Below are positions 23,176 through 31,668 of a DNA stretch of 64,000 nt, one piece after another. The position numbers and the translations under genes are program-made. The stretch is taken from positions 3,256 to 67,255 of the forward strand of contig CAJOIE010000011.1 in assembly GCA_905234605.1 (NCBI GenBank), given 5' to 3'. Position 1 is the stretch's first letter. Each line of letters starts with the position of its first letter. This DNA is from an uncultured Bacteroidaceae bacterium (GTDB lineage: Bacteria > Bacteroidota > Bacteroidia > Bacteroidales > Bacteroidaceae). Under the pieces are notes generated by a model. The model worked only from the letters and a program-made list of their open reading frames with translations. It ran no database searches and was not told the DNA's origin.

Positions 23176-24680
23176 GTGTTGAAAGCCAGCATCTGGTCGA
23201 TGAACTCGCGCGTGTTGCTCAGACGGGGCACCTTATGCTGGCCGCCGAGCTTGCCCTTGCTGCGAAGCCAGTCGGTGAAGAGACCCGGCCGTGCCTCTAT
23301 GACCTCCAGCCGCTGCAGGGTGATGTCCTTGTAGCGCTTGGCCTCATAGTCGGAGTTGATGGCTTGCAGAGAGCGGTCGAGGACATCGGCAAAAGCCTCC
23401 ACACTCCCTGGACGCTGCGCGAACTCCACGAGCCACTGGTGGCGACAGTGCCCCTCGGCATCCATGAAGACAGGCGCGGCCGTGTACTCCAGCACCTGAG
23501 CCCCCGTCTGCCGGCACGCTTCAGCCAGGCCCTGCTCGGCATTGTCCACTATCAGCTCCTCGCCAAAGGCGTTGATGAAGAACTTGGTGCGGCCCGTGAT
23601 GACAAACTTATAAGGGTCGCGCCGTGTGAAGCGCACTGTGTCGCCGATGAGGTAGCGCCACAGACCGCTCGACGTGCTTATCACCATGGCGTAGTTGCGA
23701 CCCGTCTCCACCTCCCACAGAGGCACCGTGCGGGGATGCTCCTGCGAGAGCTCGTCCATGGGGATGAACTCGAAGAACACGCCATAGTCCACACACAGCA
23801 GCATGGCCTTGTCGGCAGGGTCGTCCTGTATGCCGAAGAAACCCTCCGAGGCATTGTAGGTCTCCATGTAGCTCATCTGCGGGTTGGCGATGAGGCGGCG
23901 GTACTGCTCGCGGTAAGGGGTGAAAGCCACACCGCCGTGGAAGAACACCTCCAGGTTGGGCCACACCTGGTCTATGCGCTCGGCACCCGAGAGCTCAAGC
24001 ACACGTGTCAGCACGGACAGCATCCACGAGGGCACGCCGCTGAGGCTCGTCACGTCCTTGCCCATGGCCTCGCGGGCGATACGGTCGCGCTTCACCTCAA
24101 AGTCGGAGAGCAGCGCGGTGCTCTTCTTGGGCACGCGCATCATGTTCACCAACGGGTTGATGTTCTCTATTAGGATGGCACTAAGGTCGCCCACGAGGCT
24201 GTCGGCCACGTTGTAATTGGGCGAATGGGACCCTCCAAGTATCAGTGCGCGACCCTGGAAGAGGCGGCTGTCAGGGTGTGTGTGCAGATAGTGCACCACA
24301 CAGTCGGTGCCGCCCTGGTAGTGTGTGTCGTCGAGGGCGTCGGCCGACACGGGGATGAACTTGCTCTTGTCGTTGGTCGTGCCGCTCGACTTGGCGTACC
24401 ACTTCACACGCCCTGGCCACAGCACATCCTTCTCGCCATGGCGCATGCGGTCTATGTCGGCCTTGAGGTCGTCGTAGCTGCTGATGGGCACGCGTGCCGC
24501 CCAGTCGTGATAGGTGTGTATGTCGGCGAAGCCGTAGCGGAGACCCCACTCCGTGTCCTTGGCCATTGTGAGCAGATGGTGCAGCACGCGCCGCTGGATG
24601 GCCTCGGCGGCTGTCGTGTAGGCCTCTAACTGGTGCAGGCGGTGGGAGAGGCAGGTGCGGATGATGCTTGTTCGGTTCAT
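23172..24680 (-). CDS. GH3 (auxin-responsive promoter) family adenylating enzyme homologue
   Basis: ...WGLRYGFADIHTYHDWAARVPISSYDDLKADIDRM...VKWYAKSSGTTNDKSKFIPVS... is the bacterial GH3-family pattern. I trimmed the start to ATG 24680, because the track ORF carries a Pro/Ser/Arg-rich extension. Confidence 0.8.
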   Translation of the reverse strand: MNRTSIIRTCLSHRLHQLEAYTTAAEAIQRRVLHHLLTMAKDTEWGLRYGFADIHTYHDWAARVPISSYDDLKADIDRMRHGEKDVLWPGRVKWYAKSSGTTNDKSKFIPVSADALDDTHYQGGTDCVVHYLHTHPDSRLFQGRALILGGSHSPNYNVADSLVGDLSAILIENINPLVNMMRVPKKSTALLSDFEVKRDRIAREAMGKDVTSLSGVPSWMLSVLTRVLELSGAERIDQVWPNLEVFFHGGVAFTPYREQYRRLIANPQMSYMETYNASEGFFGIQDDPADKAMLLCVDYGVFFEFIPMDELSQEHPRTVPLWEVETGRNYAMVISTSSGLWRYLIGDTVRFTRRDPYKFVITGRTKFFINAFGEELIVDNAEQGLAEACRQTGAQVLEYTAAPVFMDAEGHCRHQWLVEFAQRPGSVEAFADVLDRSLQAINSDYEAKRYKDITLQRLEVIEARPGLFTDWLRSKGKLGGQHKVPRLSNTREFIDQMLAFNT

Positions 24681-24699
24681 GCTTGGTATGTATGCCTTG

Positions 24700-25491
24700 T
24701 CATGCTTCGTGCGACCGCTTCTCGTGGGCCTCGAAGATGGAGCGCACGAAGGGGCGGTTCCTCTTGATGTCGGCGAGCGTGGCGCGGGCGGCATGCTGGT
24801 GGCTCTCTTTCTTGGAGTAGCCCTGGCCGGTGCTGCCGTCTATGCCCTCGATGACTACACGTGTGGTGAACACTGGCGACGACTTGCGGTCGCGTTTCTC
24901 GCTGATGAGGCGGAACTCGAGGTGCAGGTGGTGCTTCTGGCACCATTCAATGAGTTTCGACTTGAAGTTCACCTCCTCGGTCGCCACGCTGTCCATGTTG
25001 AGCAGTTCGCCCAGCACGCGTTTGCGCATGAAGTGCTTGCATGCGTCGTAGCCACGGTCTAAGTAGACGGCTCCCACGATGGCTTCGAAGGCGTTGCCGC
25101 CCATGTTGCTGTTGTGGCTCATGGCGCGGGCCTCGGAGTGTATGAGGCGCACCAGTCCGGTCTCTTCGGCCAGGCGGTTGAGTGTCTCTCTCTGCACTAT
25201 CTTGCTGCGGGTGTTGGTCAGGAAGCCTTCACGCTGCCGGCGGAAGTGGTGGTAGAGTATGTCGCTTGTGATGCTCTCGAGCACGGCGTCGCCGAGGAAC
25301 TCGAGGCGCTCGTTGTGCTCGCCTGCATGACCCGGGCTTGATGCTGCGGCGGAGCTGTGCTGGAGGGCGAGCTTGTAGTGGCGTATGCGCCGTGGGTAGA
25401 AGCCGAGTATCTTGTAGATTGACGCATAAAGCTCCCTGTCCTTGCGGAAGGGGAGCCTTATGCGGTCGATGATATTGGCGCGAATAAACAC
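24700..25491 (-). CDS. rnc: Ribonuclease III
   Basis: NERLEFLGDAVLE is the RNase III signature. ...GGNAFEAIVGAVYLD... and a C-terminal dsRBD (...FKSKLIEWCQK...GQGYSKKESHQHAARATL) are also present. The start is GTG. Confidence 0.9.
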   Translation of the reverse strand: MFIRANIIDRIRLPFRKDRELYASIYKILGFYPRRIRHYKLALQHSSAAASSPGHAGEHNERLEFLGDAVLESITSDILYHHFRRQREGFLTNTRSKIVQRETLNRLAEETGLVRLIHSEARAMSHNSNMGGNAFEAIVGAVYLDRGYDACKHFMRKRVLGELLNMDSVATEEVNFKSKLIEWCQKHHLHLEFRLISEKRDRKSSPVFTTRVVIEGIDGSTGQGYSKKESHQHAARATLADIKRNRPFVRSIFEAHEKRSHEA

Positions 25492-25509
25492 GGTTGTCGG
25501 TGCAGGTGT

Positions 25510-26778
25510 CTAATCGGCGTACTTGCGGAAGATGACGCAGGCGTTGTGCCCTCCGAAGCCGAAGGTGTTGCTCAGGGCGGCGCGCACGCTGCGCTTCTGC
25601 GCGGTGTTGAAGGTGAAGTTGAGGTCGTAGTCTATGGCTTCGTCGCGGTCGTCCTCGCTGTGGTTGATGGTGGGGGGCACGATGTCGTCTCTCACTGCGA
25701 GCACGCAGGCCAGTGCCTCCACGGCTCCTGCTGCTCCGAGCATGTGGCCTGTCATGGACTTGGTGGAGGAGATGTTGAGCTTGTAGGCGTGCTCGCCGAA
25801 CACGGCCTTGATGGCTTTCACCTCTGATATGTCGCCAACGGGTGTCGATGTGCCGTGCACGTTGATGTAGTCGATGTCTTCGGGCTGTAGGCCGGCATCG
25901 TCGAGGGCGTTGCGCATCACGAGTATTGCGCCGAGGCCTTCGGGGTGTGAGGCGGTGATGTGGTGTGCGTCGGCACTCATGCCTTCGCCTACCATCTCGG
26001 CGTAGATCTTGGCGCCGCGTGCCTTGGCGTGTTCCAGTTCCTCAAGTATGAGGCAGCCTGCTCCCTCGGCCATGACGAAGCCGTCGCGGCTGGCGCTGAA
26101 GGGGCGTGAGGCGTGCTCGGGGTCGTCGTTGCGTGTGGAGAGGGCGTGCATGGCGTTGAAGCCTCCCACGCCGCCTTCGGTGACGGCTGCCTCGGAGCCT
26201 CCGCTGACTATCATGTCGGCTTTGCCGAGGCGTATGAGGTTGTAGGCATCGGCCAGGGCGTTGGTGCTGCTGGCGCATGCTGAGGTGGTGACGTAGTTGG
26301 GGCCGTGGAAGCCGTACATGATGGAGATGTGTCCGGTGGCTATGTCGGCTATCATCTTGGGTATGAAGAAGGGGCTGAAGCGTGGACCCTGTTCGGCTCC
26401 GTTGCGGCCGTACACCTCTATTTCTTCCTGGAAGGTCTTGATGCCTCCGATGCCTACGCCGAAGACTACGCCTACGCGGTCGCGGTCGATGGCTTCAATG
26501 TCTACGCCGCTGTCGTCGACGGCTTGCTTGGCTGCGGCTATGGCGTACTGGCAGTAGAGGTCCATCTTGCGGGCGTCCTTGCGGTTGATGCCGTAGTCTT
26601 CGCTGTTGAATCCTTTCACCTGGCAGGCGAAGGTGGTCTTGAATTTCTCTGTGTTGAAGGTGGTGATAGGGGCTGCTCCGCTCACGCCGGCGAGCATGTT
26701 GCGCCATGTCTCCTCGGCGCTGTTGCCTAATGGTGTGATGGCTCCTAAGCCTGTCACTACGACTCTTTTCAATTCCAT
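25510..26778 (-). CDS. fabF: Beta-ketoacyl-ACP synthase II
   Basis: 422 aa with RVVVTGLGAITPLGN..., active-site ...TTSACASS..., ...HGTSTPVGD... and ...NTFGFGGHNA.... Confidence 0.95.
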   Translation of the reverse strand: MELKRVVVTGLGAITPLGNSAEETWRNMLAGVSGAAPITTFNTEKFKTTFACQVKGFNSEDYGINRKDARKMDLYCQYAIAAAKQAVDDSGVDIEAIDRDRVGVVFGVGIGGIKTFQEEIEVYGRNGAEQGPRFSPFFIPKMIADIATGHISIMYGFHGPNYVTTSACASSTNALADAYNLIRLGKADMIVSGGSEAAVTEGGVGGFNAMHALSTRNDDPEHASRPFSASRDGFVMAEGAGCLILEELEHAKARGAKIYAEMVGEGMSADAHHITASHPEGLGAILVMRNALDDAGLQPEDIDYINVHGTSTPVGDISEVKAIKAVFGEHAYKLNISSTKSMTGHMLGAAGAVEALACVLAVRDDIVPPTINHSEDDRDEAIDYDLNFTFNTAQKRSVRAALSNTFGFGGHNACVIFRKYAD

Positions 26779-26790
26779 AAAGAAAGAATT

Positions 26791-26840
26791 AGCGAGTAGG
26801 CGAGTAGACAGGTGATGACTGCGCTACTGGCCTACTCGCT
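26791..26840 (-). terminator. Stem-loop in the acpP-fabF spacer (possible attenuator or stabiliser)
   Basis: AGCGAGTAGGC (26791-26801) and GCCTACTCGCT (26830-26840) are perfect 11-nt inverted repeats. They lie between the acpP stop (26874) and the fabF start (26778). Confidence 0.4.
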
Positions 26841-26873
26841 CTTGGTTGTACTCTTATGTGTGAGATGTTGTTC

Positions 26874-27107
26874 TTACTTGTGCGACTCGATGTATGAGAT
26901 GGCGTCGCCTACGGTCTGTATCTTCTCGGCCTCGTCGTCGGGTATCTTGACCTCGAACTTCTCTTCGAGTGCCATGATGAGCTCTACTGTATCGAGGGAG
27001 TCTGCGCCGAGGTCGTCGGTGAACTTCTTCTCTTCTGTAACTTCTGCGATGTCAACGCCCAGCTTGTCGGCGATGATTTCCTTGACTTGATCTGCGAATT
27101 CAGCCAT
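26874..27107 (-). CDS. acpP: Acyl carrier protein
   Basis: 77 aa with the phosphopantetheine attachment motif ...[18 protein letters not shown].... Confidence 0.95.
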   Translation of the reverse strand: MAEFADQVKEIIADKLGVDIAEVTEEKKFTDDLGADSLDTVELIMALEEKFEVKIPDDEAEKIQTVGDAISYIESHK

Positions 27108-27233
27108 TGTCTTGAGTATTTAATGGTGGTTAAATGTTGTTCTTGTTGCAGTTTCAGGGCACAAAGGTCGGTAATTTTTGATGAATACCAAACAAATAGC
27201 GGGAAAAATGGGTGCTGGGTGCTCGTGGGCACT

Positions 27234-27354
27234 GTGCAGGGTGTCTGTCTGCACCCTGCATGGTGTCGGGGCATCAGGGTGCAGGGTGTTTGCCTGCACC
27301 CTGCATGGTGATGGGCATCGGGGTGCAGGGTGCCGGAGGGGCGGGTGCAGGGTG
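27234..27354. repeat. Locus C of the repeat family: six cores in alternating and direct orientation on a 22/44-bp lattice
   Basis: GTGCAGGGTG occurs at 27234, 27279, 27323 and 27345. The inverted CACCCTGCA occurs at 27252 and 27297. Two 44-bp units each form a TGCAGGGTG-n7-CACCCTGCA hairpin and are followed by two 22-bp direct units (GGGTGCAGGGTGCCGGAGG). The locus lies between the pdxB stop and the acpP start. Confidence 0.85.
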
Positions 27355-27405
27355 CCGGAGGGTGTGGCTGTGTGGTGTGGCGGTTGTGGCTGTCGGCGGC
27401 TGCTG

Positions 27406-28443
27406 TCAGAAGTGCTCGCGGCGCAGGGGGTAGGCTCCGCGCAGTGCTTCGAATGCCTGTGGGTCGGCTTTGAGGCGGCGGCTGTCGGTGCGTGGGTCAT
27501 AGAGCTGTAGGGCGCGGCGCATGTTGTCTGCTTCGGGCACGATGGATGGTGGTAGTGGCGGCGGCTCTATGGTGCAGGTCATGGGTGTGCCTGCATGGCG
27601 GCAGATGTGGGTGAGCACCATGCGTGTGGCGTTGGCCTTGCCGTCGGCGCTGTAGCCTGCTATGTGTGGTGTGGCTATGTAGGCGCGGCGGAGCAGCTCG
27701 GTGCTGATGGCGGGCTCGTGCTCCCACGTGTCGATGATGGCGTGGGCTATGTGTCCGCTGTCGATGGCTGCCGTGAGTGCTTGTTCGTCGGCCACCTCGC
27801 CGCGTGCGGCGCTGATGAGTGTGGAGTCTTGCGGCATGAGGGCGAGTGTGGTGGCATTGATGAGGTGGTGTGTGGGGTGTGGCGGCCGTGTCGTGAGTGG
27901 GGTGTGTAGGGTCACTACGTCGGCCTGCCGGAGGGTGTCGCCGAGGGTGCTCCATGCGTAGCCTTGTGGCGCGGGGTGGCCTGCCTGCTGGCGCGGCGGG
28001 TCGTTGAGCAGTATGTGGCTTATGCCTAATGTCTCTGCGGCGTGGAGCACGGCTGTGCCTACGTGGCCCACGCCGATGATGGCGAGGGTGGTGCGGTGGA
28101 GGTCGAGGCCGAAGTCCTGGTGTAGGCAGATGAGTGCCGAGCCTACGTACTGGGCCACGCTCGTGGCGTTGCACCCGGGGCAGTTGGCCCATGCTATGCC
28201 TGCTGCGTCGAGGTATGCGGTGTCGAGGTGGTCGTAGCCGATGGTGGCTGTGAGCACGAGACCTACGCGCGTGCCTTCGAGCAGTGTGCGGTCGCAGCGT
28301 GTGCGTGTGCGCACTACGAGTATGTCGGCGTCGCGCACGTCGGCGTTGCTGATGTCGCGCCCGGGCATCACACGGAGGTCGAAGCCCATGGCGCGCAGTG
28401 GTTGTTCGAGGTATGGTATCTTGTCGTCGGCTACGATGCGCAT
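27406..28443 (-). CDS. pdxB: Erythronate-4-phosphate dehydrogenase
   Basis: MRIVADDKIPYLEQPL... is a PdxB-type N-terminus. ...LAIIGVGHVGTAV... is the NAD motif, in a D-2-hydroxyacid dehydrogenase fold. I trimmed the start to ATG 28443, because the upstream 156 codons of the track ORF overlap murF in another frame. Confidence 0.8.
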   Translation of the reverse strand: MRIVADDKIPYLEQPLRAMGFDLRVMPGRDISNADVRDADILVVRTRTRCDRTLLEGTRVGLVLTATIGYDHLDTAYLDAAGIAWANCPGCNATSVAQYVGSALICLHQDFGLDLHRTTLAIIGVGHVGTAVLHAAETLGISHILLNDPPRQQAGHPAPQGYAWSTLGDTLRQADVVTLHTPLTTRPPHPTHHLINATTLALMPQDSTLISAARGEVADEQALTAAIDSGHIAHAIIDTWEHEPAISTELLRRAYIATPHIAGYSADGKANATRMVLTHICRHAGTPMTCTIEPPPLPPSIVPEADNMRRALQLYDPRTDSRRLKADPQAFEALRGAYPLRREHF

Positions 28444-28456
28444 GGCTGTTTGTGTG

Positions 28457-29833
28457 TCAGAGCATTGGCGGCAGGGTGTGCAGGCGTGTGCTGTTGGAGC
28501 CCTTGATGAGTATGCAGTGTCCTGCCACGGGTGTCTCGGCCAGTGTCTGCCGCACGGCATCGGCATCGGCGAAGGTGCGCACGCGCACTCCCTGCGGCTC
28601 GCCTTCGGCCTGGAGTGCACGTTCCAGCTCGGCTCCCACGAGCCATGCCTCTTCGCAGCCTGTGCCTTGCAGCTGGCGCACCACGGCGCGGTGCTCGCTG
28701 TGGCTGTCGGCTCCGAGCTCGCGCATGTCGCCCAGTATGACCATCTTGTGCGGGTGTGCCACGGCGGCAAAGCTGTCCAGTGCGGCATGCATCGACGTGG
28801 GGTTGGCGTTGTAGGCGTCGCAGATGAGTGTGTTGTGTGCCGTGTGCCGCAGCTCGGAGCGCCCGAGGGTGGGCACGTAGGCTGCCAGGGCGTTGCTGAC
28901 GGCTTGCGCACTGATGCCGAAGTGCGTGCCCACGGCTATGGCCGAGAGCAGGTTGGTCAGGTTATAGAGCCCGAAGAGCTGCGTCTGCACCTCGTGCACG
29001 CTGCCGCCGCGCTGCTGCCAGCACATGGTCAGCAGGGGTGTCGTCCCTGCCACGGAGCCCACCACGTCGGCGTCGGCGTGGCTGCCGGTCGTGGCGTAGG
29101 TGACGGCACGCGATGCCGCGTCCTGGCTGCGGCTGCGGCCGTCGGGCGTGGTGAGGCCGCGCTCGGCAGCCATGGCGGTGAGGTCGGCATCGGAGGCGTT
29201 GAGGAAGATGATAGCCTCGGGCACCGTGGCTATGTAGTCGTAGAGCTCGCCCTTGGTGCGCTTCACCCCCTCGAATGAGCCGAAGCCCTCTATGTGGGCG
29301 TGTCCCACCGAGGTGATGAGCGCCATGTCGGGGCGCACGATGTCGGTCAGTGCGGCAATCTCGCCAGGGTGGTTGGCTCCCGTCTCTATGATGGCCACCT
29401 CGTGTGCGGCCGTGAGGCGCAGCAGCGTGAGCGGCACGCCTATATGGTTGTTGAGGTTGCCCTCCGTGGCCAGGACGTTGTAGGTGGTGGAGAGCACGGC
29501 GCGCAGCAGCTCCTTGGTGGTGGTCTTGCCGTTGGTGCCCGTCACCTGGAGCACTGTGCCGCTGAAATGACGGCGGTGCTCGCGTGCCAGTGCCTGCAAG
29601 GCCCCGAGCACGTCGGGCACAAGCACGTAGCGCTCATCGTGGGGCGGCACCACGGCAGGGTCGTCGACCACGACGGCGGCACAGCCGTCGTGCAGGGCCT
29701 GTGAGGCGAAGTCGTTGCCGTTGAACGACGGTCCCCGCAGGGCGAAGAAGAGGCTGCCCGGAGTGATGCGGCGGCTGTCGGTGGTCACCGCTGGATGGGC
29801 TGTGAAGAGGGAGTACAGGCGGGTGATGTCCAT
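28457..29833 (-). CDS. murF: UDP-N-acetylmuramoyl-tripeptide--D-alanyl-D-alanine ligase
   Basis: ...TTDSRRITPGSLFFALRGPSFNGNDFA..., ...VTGTNGKTTTKE... and the Mur ligase middle and C-terminal domains are present. I trimmed the start to ATG 29833. Confidence 0.9.
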   Translation of the reverse strand: MDITRLYSLFTAHPAVTTDSRRITPGSLFFALRGPSFNGNDFASQALHDGCAAVVVDDPAVVPPHDERYVLVPDVLGALQALAREHRRHFSGTVLQVTGTNGKTTTKELLRAVLSTTYNVLATEGNLNNHIGVPLTLLRLTAAHEVAIIETGANHPGEIAALTDIVRPDMALITSVGHAHIEGFGSFEGVKRTKGELYDYIATVPEAIIFLNASDADLTAMAAERGLTTPDGRSRSQDAASRAVTYATTGSHADADVVGSVAGTTPLLTMCWQQRGGSVHEVQTQLFGLYNLTNLLSAIAVGTHFGISAQAVSNALAAYVPTLGRSELRHTAHNTLICDAYNANPTSMHAALDSFAAVAHPHKMVILGDMRELGADSHSEHRAVVRQLQGTGCEEAWLVGAELERALQAEGEPQGVRVRTFADADAVRQTLAETPVAGHCILIKGSNSTRLHTLPPML

Positions 29834-29855
29834 GATGCTTGCATGAAAGGTCGTG

Positions 29856-29912
29856 CAAAGGTAGAAAAACAACGGGTGCGGCAGGCTGAGGCTCAAAGTT
29901 TTTCTACCTTTG
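29856..29912. promoter_or_regulatory. Mirror-symmetric divergent promoter/operator between murF and folP
   Basis: A perfect 15-bp inverted repeat, CAAAGGTAGAAAAAC (29856-29870) and GTTTTTCTACCTTTG (29898-29912). Each arm carries TACCTTTG (TAnnTTTG -7 consensus) facing outward, toward murF (ATG 29833) and toward folP. Confidence 0.45.
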
Positions 29913-29918
29913 CAGGCA

Positions 29919-30776
29919 ATGGCTCCCTGCACCACACCCACACTATGCCTGCGCGGTCAGATGGTGACACTCTCCACGCCATGGGTGATGGGGATTGTCA
30001 ACGTCACGCCCGACTCCTTCTATGCCGCCAGCCGCACGCCTGCTGCCGGCGGCGTCGTGGAGCGCGTGGAGGCAATGGTGGCGGCGGGCGTGGACATCGT
30101 CGACGTAGGAGCCGCGAGCACGCGTCCTGGTGCCCGTCCCTTAGCGGCCGAGGAGGAGGTGCGCCGTCTGGCCCCTGCCCTCGAAGCCATACGCCGCCGC
30201 TGGCCGGAGCTGCTCCTGTCGGCCGACACCTACCACTCCAGCGTTGCCGCCACGTGTGTAGGCACCTTCGGCGTCGACATGGTCAACGACATCAGCGGCG
30301 GACAGTACGACCCTGCCATGATGGCCACCGTGGGCAGGCTTCGCGTACCATATATACTGATGCACGCCCCGGCCGCAGAGGCTGGCATGCACGACAGCAG
30401 CCCCGAGGCCGACATCGTGTGTGCCGTGGCACGCCACCTTGCCGCCCGCACGCAGATGGCCCACGATGCCGGCATCGCCGACGTGGTGGTGGACCCCGGC
30501 TTCGGTTTCGGCAAGACGCTGCGGCAGAACTACCGCCTCATGCACCACCTTGCCCACCTGCGGCAGCTCTTCGCGCAGCAAGCCATGCTGGTGGGGCTCT
30601 CGCGCAAGTCGATGGTCTACAAGCTACTCGACAGCACGCCCGAGGAGGCTCTCACAGGCACCACGGTGCTCCACACGCTGGCCCTAACGGCCGGAGCCGA
30701 CATCCTGCGGGTGCACGACGTGAGGGCTGCACGCGATGCCGTGCAGGTGTGGCAGGCCGTGCACCGCGAACCTTAA
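29919..30776 (+). CDS. folP: Dihydropteroate synthase
   Basis: ...VMGIVNVTPDSFYA..., ...DIVDVGAASTRPG... and ...DPGFGFGKT... are present. The start is uncertain: the track gives TTG 29910, and ATG occurs at 29919 or 29961. Confidence 0.88.
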   Translation: MAPCTTPTLCLRGQMVTLSTPWVMGIVNVTPDSFYAASRTPAAGGVVERVEAMVAAGVDIVDVGAASTRPGARPLAAEEEVRRLAPALEAIRRRWPELLLSADTYHSSVAATCVGTFGVDMVNDISGGQYDPAMMATVGRLRVPYILMHAPAAEAGMHDSSPEADIVCAVARHLAARTQMAHDAGIADVVVDPGFGFGKTLRQNYRLMHHLAHLRQLFAQQAMLVGLSRKSMVYKLLDSTPEEALTGTTVLHTLALTAGADILRVHDVRAARDAVQVWQAVHREP

Positions 30777-30815
30777 CCCAAGTAAATAACACATAGCACC
30801 CAACACCCCGACAAC

Positions 30816-31583
30816 GTGTTCTTCACCTTCGGCATAAAGGACATACTCGACATCCTCTTAGTAGCACTCCTGCTCTACTACAGCTACAGGCTGATGAAGG
30901 AGTCACGCTCACTCAACATCTTCTTCGGCGTGCTCATCTTCATCATCTTCTGGCTGTTCGTCTCGCAGATACTTGAGATGCGGCTGCTCGGCACCTTGCT
31001 CGACCGCATCGTCTCCGTGGGAGCCATAGCCCTGCTCATACTCTTCCAGGAAGAGATACGCCGCTTCCTCCTCACCATAGGCACGCAGCAGCGAGTGCGC
31101 TCCTTCGTGCGCTTCTTCAGCCGCGATAAGAAGCAGACGCACACGCGGGAGGACATCATACCCATTGTGATGGCATGCCTCTCGATGTCGAAACAGAAGG
31201 TGGGAGCCCTCATCGTGATGCAACGCTCGCTGCCTCTTGCCGACTTCATGCGCTCGGGCGAGCAGATAGATGCACGCATATCGCAACGCCTCATAGAGAA
31301 CATCTTCTTCAAGAACTCGCCGCTCCACGACGGTGGCATGATTATAGCCAACAAGCGCATAGCCTCGGCGGGCTGCATACTGCCCGTGGCCCACGACATG
31401 AACATACCCAAGGAACTGGGCCTGCGCCACCGTGCGGCTCTCGGCATATCGCAGGAGAGCGACGCCCTGGCCATCGTGGTGAGCGAGGAGACAGGCAATA
31501 TCTCCATCGCCCACCGCGGCGACTTCCAGCTGCATGTCTCGGCAGAGGACCTTGAGAGAATACTCACCGCAGACAGCTTCTGA
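30816..31583 (+). CDS. cdaA: Diadenylate cyclase (CdaA/DacA type)
   Basis: Three N-terminal TM helices (ILDILLVALLLYYSY..., IFFGVLIFIIFWLF..., VGAIALLILF) are followed by a DAC domain (...GALIVMQR..., ...SPLHDGGMII..., ...LGLRHRAALGISQESDALAIVVSEETG...). Confidence 0.85.
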   Translation: MFFTFGIKDILDILLVALLLYYSYRLMKESRSLNIFFGVLIFIIFWLFVSQILEMRLLGTLLDRIVSVGAIALLILFQEEIRRFLLTIGTQQRVRSFVRFFSRDKKQTHTREDIIPIVMACLSMSKQKVGALIVMQRSLPLADFMRSGEQIDARISQRLIENIFFKNSPLHDGGMIIANKRIASAGCILPVAHDMNIPKELGLRHRAALGISQESDALAIVVSEETGNISIAHRGDFQLHVSAEDLERILTADSF

Positions 31584-31668
31584 GGCACAGCCTGCCACGG
31601 AGACGGATGCATCCCTGCCGGTAGCCGCCGGCGACACTGTATAGACAAACACCACACCATACATAAAG

